Translations under genes and position numbers: made by a program
NCBI RefSeq assembly: GCF_006345805.1
Contig: NC_043005.1
Span: forward strand, 18,104,001 to 18,168,000
DNA from: Octopus sinensis
Lineage: Eukaryota
DNA length: 64,000 nt
Reading direction: 5' to 3'
The notes under the pieces: generated by a model
What the model was told of the DNA's origin: nothing
The model's input: only the letters and a program-made list of their open reading frames with translations
The model's database searches: none
Part shown: positions 12,298 through 25,155 of the stretch, one piece after another
Layout of the letters: each line of letters starts with the position of its first letter
Numbering within the stretch: the stretch's first letter is position 1

Positions 12298-14912
12298 TGT
12301 TCCTGGCGCACATAGACATAAACGTGTCGGAGATATTTGCGTCTATTGTATGTGGCGATGAATTTTAGTATAAGTGTTATTAGTTTTGTTACTGTAAATA
12401 CTTTTTAGTAATTTTTAATTAATTTAGTAATGATTTACTATTGGATGCAATATTCAATTTTCTTCCCCTTCTATTTTTTATTCAGTCTATGTAAATATTT
12501 ATTTGAGGAGGAAGAACTTGGTACATTGATAAGAAATGATGTTTGTTGTTGTTGCTGTTGTTGTTATTATTGTTGCTGTTGTTGCTGTTGTTGTTGTTTT
12601 TTGTTACTGCCAAGAACTGTCGATAACCTTATTTCCAATTTATATATATATATATATATATACGTATAATGTATAAAAGTGTACAAAGGCCGATACCTGA
12701 ACGAACCTAGTGATTTAATGTCGGTGCAGAGAAAGAATTATACTAACACACGTTCATACAGGCATACATAAATACAGATATACACACATACCGATGGATA
12801 AATTTATAGAACGCTCGATATTTCAGGTCAAATAAATAATGGTGAATGTAATTTTGCAAGTTTTGTGGCACATTTGGGGCGGCCACAAAAACATTTGTTA
12901 AATAATGAATCTCAGAGGATTACAGCCAATCGTTTTTATATTTGTGATTGATACTAATCGGATACTTTGAATACTAACGTGTCTCTATATTATTGGAATT
13001 CTTATGGTATTACACACAAAATCGGCTACTGCAATGTAATAATAATAATTCATTGCAAATATATTTCTAATGAAAACATGAAGATTTTGGTAGAATTTGC
13101 AATAATTCGAGGAGTTGTTTTCATTACATAATATAGTTTTGTGGCGTTAATAGTTCCAAACTGTGAAATCGTTCCTAATGCATTTTCTTAGAAGACTTGA
13201 GTGTGTTTACGAGTGTCTATATGCTAGTATATAGGTCTGTATTTGTGTAAGCTTGTGTGTGCATGTGTGCATTTGTGTGTGTGTGTGTGTGTGTGTGTGT
13301 TTATGTGTGTGTTTGTGTGTTTCTGTCTACCATAAACTATAATGTTAATTATGCTCACTCATATAGATGTGCATACATGTATATATCTATATATGTGTGT
13401 GTATGTGTGTGTTTGTGTGTACGCGCAAACGCGCGTGTATAAACGGAAACAAATAATTGTAGCAAACTTCACAAGTGTGTGTTCCTCCTCTAAGAACCTG
13501 AAGAGTAAATTCTTCTAAAACAAACAAAACGAAATCCAATAACTACATTTTATCAGTTTTCCTCCATCAAATTAATTACCAGATTCCTATTATATTCGTT
13601 AAAACTAACCGTTACACAGTTTCTCATTGAAAACAACACAATAAACCTCAAAACAATTTCAGCTGCCGTACATTATTCTCTCTCGGTGATTTTTTTAAAC
13701 CAAATATTCTGGAAATCAAATACCACCCATTTGTTTCAAAACGTTAATATTTCATTAGGTATTTACCGATAATTCCCAAGTAAGAAACTTGTAAAATTTT
13801 AACGGTGACTCAGGAGTTATGCAACTTACTGAAACACAGTGATCAGTCATTTGTTGTTAGTCAATATCTAATTCTCGTTAGTTTCCAGACAATGTACATA
13901 ATATGCTCAGCAATCAAAGTATGTCTTGCATAAATGCATATACGTATGTATGTATGTATGTATGTATAAATGTGTGTGTGTGTGCGTGTGCGTGTGTGTG
14001 TGTATGTCAGCGTGTAGAATCCCAAATCCTTCTTGTTAAAAATATTTACAAGTAAAAAGATGTATAGTTCGATTCCTGTATTAGGATGTAGTCTATTTTC
14101 ACCTCTCGGGTCTTACTTGGAAATATCTTACATATATGTATATATATTTAATGTCAGAAATATCTATCTGTCAACCTGTGAGCGTGTGTGTGTGTGTGTG
14201 TGTGTTTATATATATATTCCGTGGCAGGCGTATAGTTATGCTAAAATCGTAATATAGGTAAAGTGCTTCTACTTGAGAGACAGAATTAATGTATGAGGTT
14301 ATAGACTGTAATACTAAATTTTATATAAAAGGTCATAAACGAAGCAAGAATTCTTTGTAAAGTTTATAATTTACTGTTAATGGCACATAATAATAATATA
14401 TATAGGTAATGACTTAAATTTTCACGTGTCCTCAGGAGTAACACTTCTTGGTTCAGTTATGTAAAAATATGTTAGTGTTGGACTCAGCAATACTTAATAC
14501 TCCGTGACATATATAACTGTCTGTACTAATGTTTTGTTCTTGTCGGTATGATTTTGGCACTATATTTTTCTGTGTAGCTACGTATCAATTTATATGTCTA
14601 GTTAACTTTCTTCTGTTTCCTCTTGTAAATTATTTATCTATCCATCTGTTTATCTATCCTGTCTTTCACCAGAATAATTTTTGTGCATTTATTTAAATCT
14701 TTGTATAATTTTTTTCTGTCCTTATAAAGAAATATTGCTTTACAAATACACAATAAATGGCCGTAACTTCATTTCACTATCTCTTCTATCGTTCACTTTC
14801 TTCATTTCTATCTTTTATTAGTTTTGCATCAACTTACCTAAGTGGTTTCAGACGAAAAAACGTAATATTTCAATTCAGACTTACTTGCTACTGTACGTCC
14901 ATGCATACATAC

Positions 14913-14970
<58 letters not shown>

Positions 14971-15399
14971 ATATATATATATATATGTATGTATGTATAT
15001 ATATATATATGTATGTATGTATATATATATGTATATGTATGTGTGTGTGTATGTATATATGTATGTATGTATATGTATAGTTATGCTGTAAAAAGCGAAT
15101 GTAATTTTAAATTGTGCTAGTCTATATCACTGACAAAGCATATGATTTTATATAAAACTTTGTGCCGATTAACTGAGATTTAAAAAAATATATTTGTATT
15201 TATTTCTATTTTTTTATTTTATTTTTGAATAATATCTTTTGCTTTTGTGTGTGAATTTGGTATTGTTTCTCTTTCTTTTTTCACGTTGTGTTTTTGTGTA
15301 TTGATATTGCAAGACTGGCGGACTGTAGCTGGCAAATGAAATACTGACTCTAGCATATCAATATACTGTCTGCTGCGGAGCCATGCTTCTTGGATCTTA

Positions 15400-15426
15400 T
15401 TAATGTGAATAAGAACCACCATGATG
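15400..15426 (-). CDS. Candidate terminal coding segment (HHGGSYSH*)
   Basis: Acceptor GTTCTTCTTTCTTTTTAG| at 15427; phase-0 join to 22740; AATAAA-like motifs downstream near 15215. Confidence 0.35.
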   Translation of the reverse strand, partial: HHGGSYSH

Positions 15427-15824
15427 CTAAAAAGAAAGAAGAACCTTTACAAATAACAACAACAAAAATAACAATTTCTTTTAATTGCTGTTGTTGTTGT
15501 TAAATCCCCAGGTCATCACTGATCGGACAGACCTACGACGAAGACGTTCTAGCTGTGGCCATCTCGTCTTTTATTTAGACACCGTACATCTAGAAAATAG
15601 TATCCAGTATGAACTGTTTGGTTTAAGCAATTATACTGTACTGTTCAGGAAACTTGTCGGTTAATTTTAGCAAGTCGAGGGACCGCGTATTGAATCCGTC
15701 ATTGGCTCTGTTTTGTAGAGATTTAGATTTTCATTTATTTTTTTTTGTGAGGAACATAGGCAAGGTAGCAGAAGATAAACCAAATCAAGTCGGGCGTTTT
15801 TCTTTGAGGGTTATTTTTTCTTAG

Positions 15825-15873
15825 GGAAAGAAACCTCCACTTCGTAGAATCAAGCGATTTGTTGATGCTAAAG
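15825..15873 (+). other. Isolated plus-strand 49-nt exon candidate (GKKPPLRRIKRFVDAK or ERNLHFVESSDLLMLK)
   Basis: TTATTTTTTCTTAG| acceptor and AAAG|GTAAGT donor; two frames open; no partner exon established. Confidence 0.3.
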
Positions 15874-16289
15874 GTAAGTTATAATTGTGAAAAGAACCGA
15901 ACCGACAAAAACGAATACGTGCCATCTCGTATAGTGGCAGATGCAGGTTCGATCGTGCCAATAACCATCGTTGCTCGTAATCAAATTGACATTTCATTCT
16001 TTGTTCTTTGAAAGGAGAAATGAAAGAAAATACAACGACGCCATTACGTTCAGCTGTTATTTCTTTTCATGTTGTAAATGTTCTGTTGTTGCGGTTACTC
16101 TTTTTGCTGATGGTGATTGTGATGCTGATGCTGGTGAGGATGGTGGTGGGGAGGCAGCAGAGTCGATATTAGAATTGCTTCAATACCATTTCGAAGATTT
16201 AGTCTTCCCATAATGGAATGTCTGAAACATAAAACAAAAGAGTTGAAATATGACGAAACCATCATCAGCATCATCATTATCGTTTGTTA

Positions 16290-16409
16290 TTGTTACTATC
16301 ATTATTATCATTATTATTCTTATTATTATTATTATTATTATTATTATATTTTGATTATCCTATTATCATTATTATTATTATCATTATTATTATTATTATT
16401 ATTATCTTA

Positions 16410-16451
<42 letters not shown>

Positions 16452-16795
16452 CATTATTATCATATTAATTATTATCATTATTATTATTATTATTATATTA
16501 TATATTAACATTATTATTATTATTATTATATTATTATTATTATCATTATTATTATTATTATTATATTCTTATTATTCTTTTATTATTATTATTATTATCA
16601 TTATTATCATTATTATTATTTCATTATATTATTATTATTATTATTATCATTATTATTTTATTATTATTATTATTATTTTATTATATTATCATTATTATTA
16701 TTATTATTATTATTTTATTATATTATTATTATTATTATTATTGTTGTGTTGTTGTTGTTGCTGCTGTTGTTGTTATCATTATTATTATTATTATC
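16290..16795 (+). repeat. (TTA)n array, the only long AAT-class array in this orientation
   Basis: Direct reading. Confidence 0.95.
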
Positions 16796-17276
16796 ATACG
16801 CTCACACAAAGGCACAAAGTTACACAAACACACTCGCGCGCGCCCGCGCGCGGATACTTGAAGAATTGGCGGAATTAAAAGAGTTGTCAAAGGGACTGCT
16901 AAAATGCCTGGCGTCATTCGTCCAAGTTGTCTCTGTTTTTGAGATCACATAACAGCAGGGTCAGCTACGCCTTTCATCTATTCGCATGTCGATAACTTAA
17001 ATATTATCAAGTACTATGGCTGAATCTGCCGGTCTCTCTCTTTCATTTTCTCTCTCTCTCGCTCTTTCTCTCTCTCTCTCTATCTATCTGTCTACCTATC
17101 TACCTCTCTCTCCCTCTCTTTCTATCTCTCTCTCTCTCCGTTTTTCTTTGGAAGAAACCAGCTGTGGTCAATACTGGAGAGGGACGAGGCTTATGCTAGC
17201 CAGGTCTTTTGTTGCCCAAGAGCCACGATTCCACTTTTCTGATTTAGCCAGCAATTGAGGGCTCAAGGAAAGAAGA

Positions 17277-17328
<52 letters not shown>

Positions 17329-17343
17329 ACACACAGGTATATG

Positions 17344-17380
<37 letters not shown>

Positions 17381-17744
17381 ATATATATAATTCAACAGTG
17401 ATTATGTATCTCAGAAAAAAATATATATAAGTCGAAACAATTTGTTGCCTTTTACGGTTTTTATAATAATTAATATAATATTACGTTATGTTATACATTA
17501 TATTCATAGTATTTAATGTAATATTGTAATATAAATAAATTATTAAATGTCAATAGGATATCTCCCTAATTTATCTGTATTATTAAATTATACCAATATT
17601 TATATGGTATCCAACAGAAGAAGCGGTGAACTAGATGTTTAACATAGATTTTTGAAGGTTTTCTTTTCCTCAGTTGTTATATATATATATAATATATATA
17701 TATATTTATATAGTATATGTATGTGTGTGTGTGTTTGTTTTTTG

Positions 17745-18037
17745 TTTGTGCCTTCTGGAGCCACGTCTGGCTCATAAGGGCCGGTTTCCCGGTTTCCTTT
17801 GCGTATAGGTTCCCCATCTGGACGGGACGCCAGTCCGTCGCAGGTGAGCTACAGGATGCTGGAGGAAAGAGTGAGAGAAAGTTGTGGCAAAAGAGTCAGC
17901 AGAAGTTCGCTATTACCTTCTGCCGGAGCCGCTTGGAGCTTAGGTGTTTCGCTCATAAACACACACATCGCCCGGTCTGAGATTCGAACCCGCGATCCCT
18001 CGACCGCGAATCCGTTGCTCTAACCACTAGGCCATTT
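17745..18037 (-). mobile_element. Second-family SINE
   Basis: Reverse complement of 23206-23515; further partial or related copies at 185-480(-), 32495-32660(+), 42755-42995(-). Confidence 0.85.
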
Positions 18038-18479
18038 ACCTACAGACACACACATATATGCATGTACACATATATGTTCATATGATTATGTGTGTGCGCA
18101 TAATCTACTTTTACTTATTACACTTAACACGTACAAGATTTACGTTCTCAAAATGCAGTTTGTACCGTGTTAACTTTGTTGTATTATTACACGTTATGAA
18201 TAAGCAGCCACACCGGCCACTTTACAATGCCTTCAAAAAACGACTTACTGGTGTTAGAAAAAAGATTGGGAATATATTCCTTATACGACATATAAAAGCC
18301 AGAAAAATATATGTCCTGTGTGTCACAACAAAGGCTAACTCATTCCGTATCCTTCCTTTACTCTCTCTCCCCTTTCTTTATAAGATGTCAGGCGTGACTA
18401 GGGAATAAAACAATCAAGCAACATTTGTTTCGGATATTATTATATGACACTTGTTAAACAACGATATAGCTAACGTACA

Positions 18480-19235
18480 TACAAACCAGGGATTTTATAG
18501 AGGTACAAGGCTTTTCTACTACTGTAATTTATATAGTGACCTTATATAATGTTTTTCTAAAACGGTATGCTAGTTCGCCGCCAGGGGGAGTGTCAACGAA
18601 CATGACACTCTGGTATTTTTTGTTGTCAAAACATGAGTTGGCCTTATCTATCTTTTTTTCTGGTCCTCTCTGTGCTATTCCAGGATTTACTCCGGTAAAG
18701 TGGGCAGATCCCCTTTGCATCACTCTCTTTGAAGGCTTTGTACTTAGTCCTGGCTCCTTTGTACACTCATTGGTTGTAGTCAGAGAACTGCATGCGATGG
18801 ATGAAGTGTTGTATATGTCTTTCCAATTCCATAGAGTCGGACATGCGACACACATTCCTCATCGCTCTCACCAAGTCTGCTGTAAGAATATTTAACTTGG
18901 CTTCTCCGCAATGTCTGTGTTCTTGTGGACAAGGTATTTAGAAGACGTGAGTTTGGAATAATGTGAGTGAGGGATCTGGACCGTATTCTTCTTGGTTTTT
19001 ACCCAGAGTTGCGTGTCTAAAACTGGTAGCCTATAGTTTGGGTTTTGTTAGGGTGTCATTACTTTGATACGCTGGTGGCTGGAGTTAGCTATTTGCTGGA
19101 TGCTCTCCATAGTGTTAGCTTCTAGATCATCAAAATTGTCTTGTAGGGTAGCTTTGGCTACTATGTTGGTATCAGTCACATAGCGGGAGTACATGATTAG
19201 TATTATGGAGTTCTCTGCTAATTTCTCTTTATATG
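18480..19235 (-). pseudogene. Penelope-like element RT/thumb remnant
   Basis: MYSRYVTDT (decayed YVDD), TMESIQQIANS, RLPVLDTQLW, ILTADLVRAMRNV, YQSVMFVDTPPGGELA; stops and frameshifts. Confidence 0.72.
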
Positions 19236-19356
19236 TATATGTATATATAGTTGGAATTTACAAAAAATAAATAAATAAATGAATAAAACAGAAGACGAAG
19301 ACGAGTGTGTAAGCAACAAATAGATGTATTAGTTTAACGCTCGGGAGGTGACAAAG

Positions 19357-19394
19357 TCTTTTACGTTTCGAGCCTACGCTCTTTGACAGAAAGG
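19357..19394 (-). ncRNA. Second, more decayed copy of the hammerhead-like motif (repeat ~19255-19450)
   Basis: CCTTT-CTGTCAA-A-GAGCGTAGGCTC-GAAACGTA-AAAGA. Confidence 0.45.
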
Positions 19395-19477
19395 AACACA
19401 AAAATAAACAGAGAGAGAAAATAAAATAAGTAAATAAAAAAAGGTTTAGTGGCTAGCGATCAATCGTATATGTATAT

Positions 19478-19534
<57 letters not shown>

Positions 19535-20266
19535 CAGACAGACAGACGACAGAGAAAGTAAGGGAGAGAGGAAGAGGAAAAGAGATTTTTAAAAGCCAAG
19601 ACAATGCAGGTTAATTAAAAGCACTGGTCAATGGTTAGTATTATTATCTTGTATTCTTTTCTAATCTAGGCGCAAGGTACAAAATTTTGGGGAAGGGGGT
19701 CAGTTGATTAGATCGACCACAGTACGAAACTGGTACCTATTTTATCGACTCCGAAAGGATGAAAGGTAAAGATGAACTCGGCGGAATTTAAAATCAGAAC
19801 GTAAGGATAGACGAAATGCCAATAAGTATTTCTACCGGCGTGCTAACGTTTCTACCAGCTCGCCTTATTATTATTATCTGATATTACAATATGTCTCGAT
19901 TAAGAGCCTTCTTCAGGAAAACCAACGGTGTTGGTTGCTGCTTTATCTGCGCTGTAAACGTGTATATGAAAGGGTTGTTTGCATGGCAAAAGTGATACAC
20001 ATACCGACAGATTAATAAATGAGTAAATAAACACAAACGCCGACACAAACACAGATACACACACGCCCAAGTATTGGCGTGAAATCATTCAATATGGTGA
20101 ATATATCGCATATATTTATTTATCAATTGCAAAGTTCCATATCTGAAGCGAAAGCCCAAAGTTTCGAACCTAGCATTTCTACTTTCGCATTTATTAAAGT
20201 TAAAGACCTTGCGCCACTCATATAGATTTAGAAGTAATATATATGTGTGTGTGTGTATGTTTATAC

Positions 20267-20297
<31 letters not shown>

Positions 20298-20572
20298 TGT
20301 ATGTATGTATGTATGTATGTGTATACATATACATACACACACACACACACACAAATATATATATATATATATATGTAAAACAGTGTACATTTAAACGCAA
20401 GAGAAACTAACTTTAGCAGGTAGTTTTAACACGCTAGAAGAAGCAGTCAAAACCACCAAAACTACATTTAAGAGCAATTATATATATATATGTTTGTATG
20501 TATGTATGTATGTATGTATGTATTTAGGTATATATGATATATATAATATATTATATATTATATATATATATC

Positions 20573-20604
<32 letters not shown>

Positions 20605-21149
20605 CGTTAATATTTCGCTTAGGATAGCGAAATATTAAAAAAGAATTATATACACACATACACACATATATATATACATATATGTATGTATATATATATG
20701 TATGTATGTATGTATGTATATATGTATGTATGCCTGCATGCATGTTCGTATGTGTATGTCTTTGTGTGTGTGTGTGTGAGTATTTAAAATCCCCTTCTTC
20801 AGCTTCTCAATACATTATCGCAAATAGGAAAATGAAAATTTTATTTTTGCTCTTGATACCAACTGAAGTATTGATAGCACGAAATTTGATGCTGAAATAG
20901 ATTTCCTCTCGTTCTGTATGTTATAAGAAACGCCGTTCCATTGATAGAAGAACCTCTCCTTTATTTAGTTTCTCACAGATAAATTTTGATCAATTCATCA
21001 GGGAAAATGGAAATATATAAACTCCGGTGAGAATTTAAAATTTAATCAATGAAATACGAAATAAAGACAGTATAAAATTAAATGTCAGGAGAAAAATACT
21101 CTGGGATGTTACTACATGACGCATTAGTAAGAATTTATACACTTACCCG

Positions 21150-21565
21150 TTACTCTTTTACTCTTTTACTTGTTTCAGTCATTTGACTGTGGCCATGCTG
21201 GAGCACCGCCTTTAGTCGAGCAAATCGACCACAGGACTTATTCTTTGTAAGCCTAGTACTTATTCTATCGGTCTCTTTTGCCGAACCGCTAAGTTACGGG
21301 GACATAAACACACCAGCATCAGTTGTCAAGCGATGTTGGGGGTGGGGGTGGGGCAAACACATGCGTACAAACATATACACACACATACATATGCATTTAT
21401 GCGACGGGCTTCTTTCAGTTTCCGCCTACCAAATCCACTCACAAGGCTTTGGTCGGCCCGAAGCTATAGCAGAAGACACTTGCCCAAGGTGCCACGCAGT
21501 GGGACTGAACCCGGAACCATGTGGTTGGTAAGCAAGCTACTTACCACACTGCCACTCCTACGCCT
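21150..21565 (-). mobile_element. Same SINE, full length
   Basis: Both halves intact. Confidence 0.9.
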
Positions 21566-21599
21566 TGTTCATATAATTTAGTTTATCAAGGAATTTTCA

Positions 21600-22310
21600 T
21601 GAATTAAAATTCGCTATTTGTCTCAATAGTGTTCCCTTCACATGCACAGTCGACGGGGAAGACTTTCTTAAAAGGATTAGTTTATGCAACACTAATTCTC
21701 GACCTTTATTCACAAATGATGGGAAGTGGGACGCTGAACTGGATTCCAGAATGACAGACGTTGGCACTGAAATGCGTCTCTGCAAGCATTCGATCATCAG
21801 AAGAGGGGAGGTTGGGAAAATACCCACTCTTACTATCCTCAGTTCGGTTTCCGTGCCTGTCCTCACCTTTGGTCAGCAATGATGGGAAATGACCAAAGAA
21901 GTACGACACGAATTATGAGAGGCCGAAATGGCGTTCCTCCAACTGGTCTGTAGAATGACATTACTCGACAGAGTGCATAGCTCAGAGATGAGGGAGCCTC
22001 TCCAGGTCGAGTTGCTAGTTCTCCGCATTGAGAGGTCATAGCTTCGCTACTATGGAAATATTATTAGAATGCCGCAAGAAAAAAATCGTCAGACAAATTG
22101 TTCAAACCGAACCAACCACCACTACGAGACTTATGATCAGATCAAGAGCAGGGTGGTTAGATAATATTCATTGTCTCATTTGGTCACGCTTGGGAATTCA
22201 ACCAGAAAGTGTAATGACGGTTGCTTTTGATAATCCCTATGGAGGAGGAAATTGAGGTCGACTCCCACGACCCTCCAAAGAATAGTCAGTAGAGAAGATG
22301 AATGAAGAGA
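21600..22310 (+). mobile_element. RTE-clade (Expander/Rex3-like) LINE 3' fragment
   Basis: FTNDGKWDAELDSR, SVSVPVLTFG, EAEMAFL, DRVHSSEMREPLQVELLVLRIERS*LRYYG..RMPQE. Confidence 0.8.
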
Positions 22311-22739
22311 AATCTTGTGATGAGAAAAACTTGTTATTTAAATAAGTAATTTCTGTAAAGAAGATCAGAGACAACCTCATATTTTTGTATACTTCAGAAC
22401 AGGTTTTGATCTAACCAGACCTTATCTGTGTGATACAGTATAACCATTATTGCCAGCTGACTGAGTGAGATGCAACGTTTTGCAAATGAACTCTGAGTAA
22501 AATTAATTGATGTTGTTCTCTTTGATCTGTTGTTCATAAAATTACTGGATCTAGCATGTTTAAATTATTGTAAACGTACAGTTTTATGCAATACTTTAAA
22601 CACTCAAAAACGGAGCGAAACTTATAATCAATACGTGAAGAAAAGTAATATACCATAATGAACATGAGAGCTATAAAAAAAATTGTAAATACACATTTTC
22701 TTCTTAATTATTCAGTTAAAATTAACGAGGCATACTTAC

Positions 22740-22822
22740 TGATTGATCTGATCTAATTGATCCCATATCATAACCATCATTACCGTGACATTCTAACGAA
22801 TATAGTCGATAATTTTGTCCAA
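22740..22822 (-). CDS. Candidate 83-nt exon (xGQNYRLYSLECHGNDGYDMGSIRSDQS)
   Basis: Acceptor T-run...CAACAATCAG|, donor TCA|GTAAGT, fully open in the frame inherited from 41476-41442. Confidence 0.5.
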
Positions 22823-23205
22823 CTGATTGTTGAGTAATTAAAAAAAAATTTCTTTCAGAAATAATTTTTTGAAGCCAGTTATTTCGTATAGAGAGCAACG
22901 CTGTTTCAAATGTATACCGAGCGAGTTACGAAAAAGGGACTTAGTTATTATGCGAATGAGATGTAACTGAAATACATTCATAGGCAGATGGATATAATAC
23001 TATACGATATCCTTATCGATAACTGGGAAAATTCCGGCGAGGTTGCTTTTGCCTTTCATCCTTTCGGGGTCGATTAAAAGTGTATTAGTTACGCACTGGA
23101 GTCGATGTAATAGACTTAATCCGTACCCTAAATTTCAAGCCTTGTGCCTACAGTAGAAAGGGTTATCGATAACAGTGATTAGCAATGGGTACTATGGTTA
23201 CTGCG

Positions 23206-23515
23206 GAGACGCAATGGCCCAGTGGTTAGGGCAGCGGACTCGCGGTCGGAGGATCGTGGTTTCGATTCCCAGACCGGGCGTTGTGTGTGTTTACTGAGCG
23301 AAAACACCTAAAGCTCCACGAAGTTCCGGCAGGGAGTGGTGGCGACCCCTGTTGTACTCTTTCACCCCAACTTTCTCTCACTGTTTCTTCCTGTATCTTG
23401 AGTAACGCTGCGATGGACTGGCGTCCCGTCCAGCTGGGGGGAACACATACGCCACAGAAACCGGGAAACCGGGCCCATGAGCCTGTAGGGGCTTGAAAAC
23501 GGCGCATGAATAAAT
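23206..23515 (+). mobile_element. tRNA(Arg)-like-headed SINE, second family
   Basis: GGCCCAGTGGTTAGGGCAGCGGACTCGCGGTCGGAGGATCGTGGTTTCGATTCCC head; GCGATGGACTGGCGTCCCGTCCAG body. Confidence 0.88.
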
Positions 23516-24283
23516 AACTATGGTTACTAGCAGCAAAAATGATTAGAAATACTGTCTACATTTATACGGTAAGCAAACTTGATATTTTTATCACTTACAA
23601 TTTGGATAACTTAATTTAAATTTACTAATAGTTCGTATTGGTAAATTCAGCATTGAGTAATGTAAAATATATTGGAATATTGAACACAATTTTATAGAAA
23701 GTTAATTTTCTTTTCGTCTATATTGGTTAACATTTCCATTATAGCTAACCGAAATATGTTTTCTGGTTATGTAGCAAAATGTTTAGAGTTTTGGTTAATA
23801 TAAACTCAGATATTTCTTCCGATTATAACTAACGAAATGATCGGCATTTTAGTTAACATCGACTGTGTAATTTCTATATAACGCAATAGAAAGGAGTGGG
23901 TAATACATATTGAATGAAACTATAATCGTAAATATCGGTTTCCTTTCAACTAGGTACAAAAGCTCTGCGTTTTATTCAAATCACTACTCGCTATTCGACA
24001 CAAGAGAGCAATGCAGAAATGAGGTGTCGAGTTTCCTTCAACTCAATATCACGACTTTGTTTGCTTCTCTTTTGATACTGTCGATGCTATGAATTATAAT
24101 TTACTGCTTGTATTAGGTGTGCGTCATAGGTGTACTGTGTGAAGTTTCTCCTTGAATTGACTGTGAACTATTTGACTGCTACTGGTACAAGTTATATATA
24201 TATGTTGATTCGCTAGCTTCTGCACGCATTTTTTTCTCTCCTTGTTTCTCTCCTTGTTTCTCTCCGTGTTTCTTTTCTGTGTA

Positions 24284-24321
24284 TCTTTCTGTTGAAGAGC
24301 GTAGGCTCGAAACGTAAAAGA
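24284..24321 (+). ncRNA. Minimal type I hammerhead-like motif in a Penelope-type repeat (~24215-24420)
   Basis: TCTTT-CTGTTGA-A-GAGC(GTAG)GCTC-GAA-ACGT-A-AAAGA: 5-bp stem I, 4-bp stem II, palindromic stem III, GUA triplet; core has U at position 6. Confidence 0.55.
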
Positions 24322-24422
24322 CTTGTTTTATTTATATTCCTGAGCGCCATACTAATACAATTGTTTGTTTGTATTCCACCTGCTTTCGTCTTTTGTTTAT
24401 TTTCATAAAGCTTCCCGTTATA

Positions 24423-24468
<46 letters not shown>

Positions 24469-24481
24469 TATATTATATATA

Positions 24482-24524
<43 letters not shown>

Positions 24525-24565
24525 AATAATCCGTAACAAGATAATTCATCTTTCCATTTCAACAA

Positions 24566-24603
<38 letters not shown>

Positions 24604-24703
24604 ATAACTATATACAAACTCTCTATATACTAAACATGATGATTGCAATCTGGTTAAATTGTGACATATATCAGTTACACACACACACAGGTACACACAC
24701 ACG

Positions 24704-24756
<53 letters not shown>

Positions 24757-25079
24757 CACACACACGCACACAATCATGCGCAGTCAAAGTAGCGATAACA
24801 TATTTAGTGCAGTGAGCATTGCAAAACTGATCCGAAATAATTATGTGGTAACGGAAACATAGTCGTAAATGACATTTTAATTATTCCCCAAAAGGTAATC
24901 CTGAACACGTTTCGGACTTATTATACCTCTTTCGTAAAGAATAGATATTACCATACTTGCCGAAATAGTACTGAGAGAGTTACTAGGTAGGTGTATTGCA
25001 GGCATAGTAATTAGCATAACGTTAGAGAAGAAATTTCTGTGAAAATTTACTGATGCCTTTTTTTCACACATATCGTGTG

Positions 25080-25155
25080 CAGTAATCCCTCGACTATCGC
25101 GGGGTGTTATGTCCTCAAACCTCACATGATAGGTGAAAATCCGCGAAGTAGAAAC
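25080..25155 (+). mobile_element. Tigger/pogo-like terminal fragment
   Basis: CAGTAATCCCTCGACTATCGCGGGG... resembles Tigger/MER2-type termini; no partner TIR seen. Confidence 0.5.

Noticed and set aside
16213-16878. 221-aa Ile/Tyr/Leu ORF resembling a membrane protein
   Set aside because: (TTA)n array
19890-19930. CTGAAGAAGG...GAGAC hammerhead-like motif on minus (similar hints near 25690 and 32220)
   Set aside because: GAAA mutated or absent and stem I does not pair
23215-23275. tRNA-Arg-like sequence
   Set aside because: No acceptor stem closure and continues into a SINE body present in several copies
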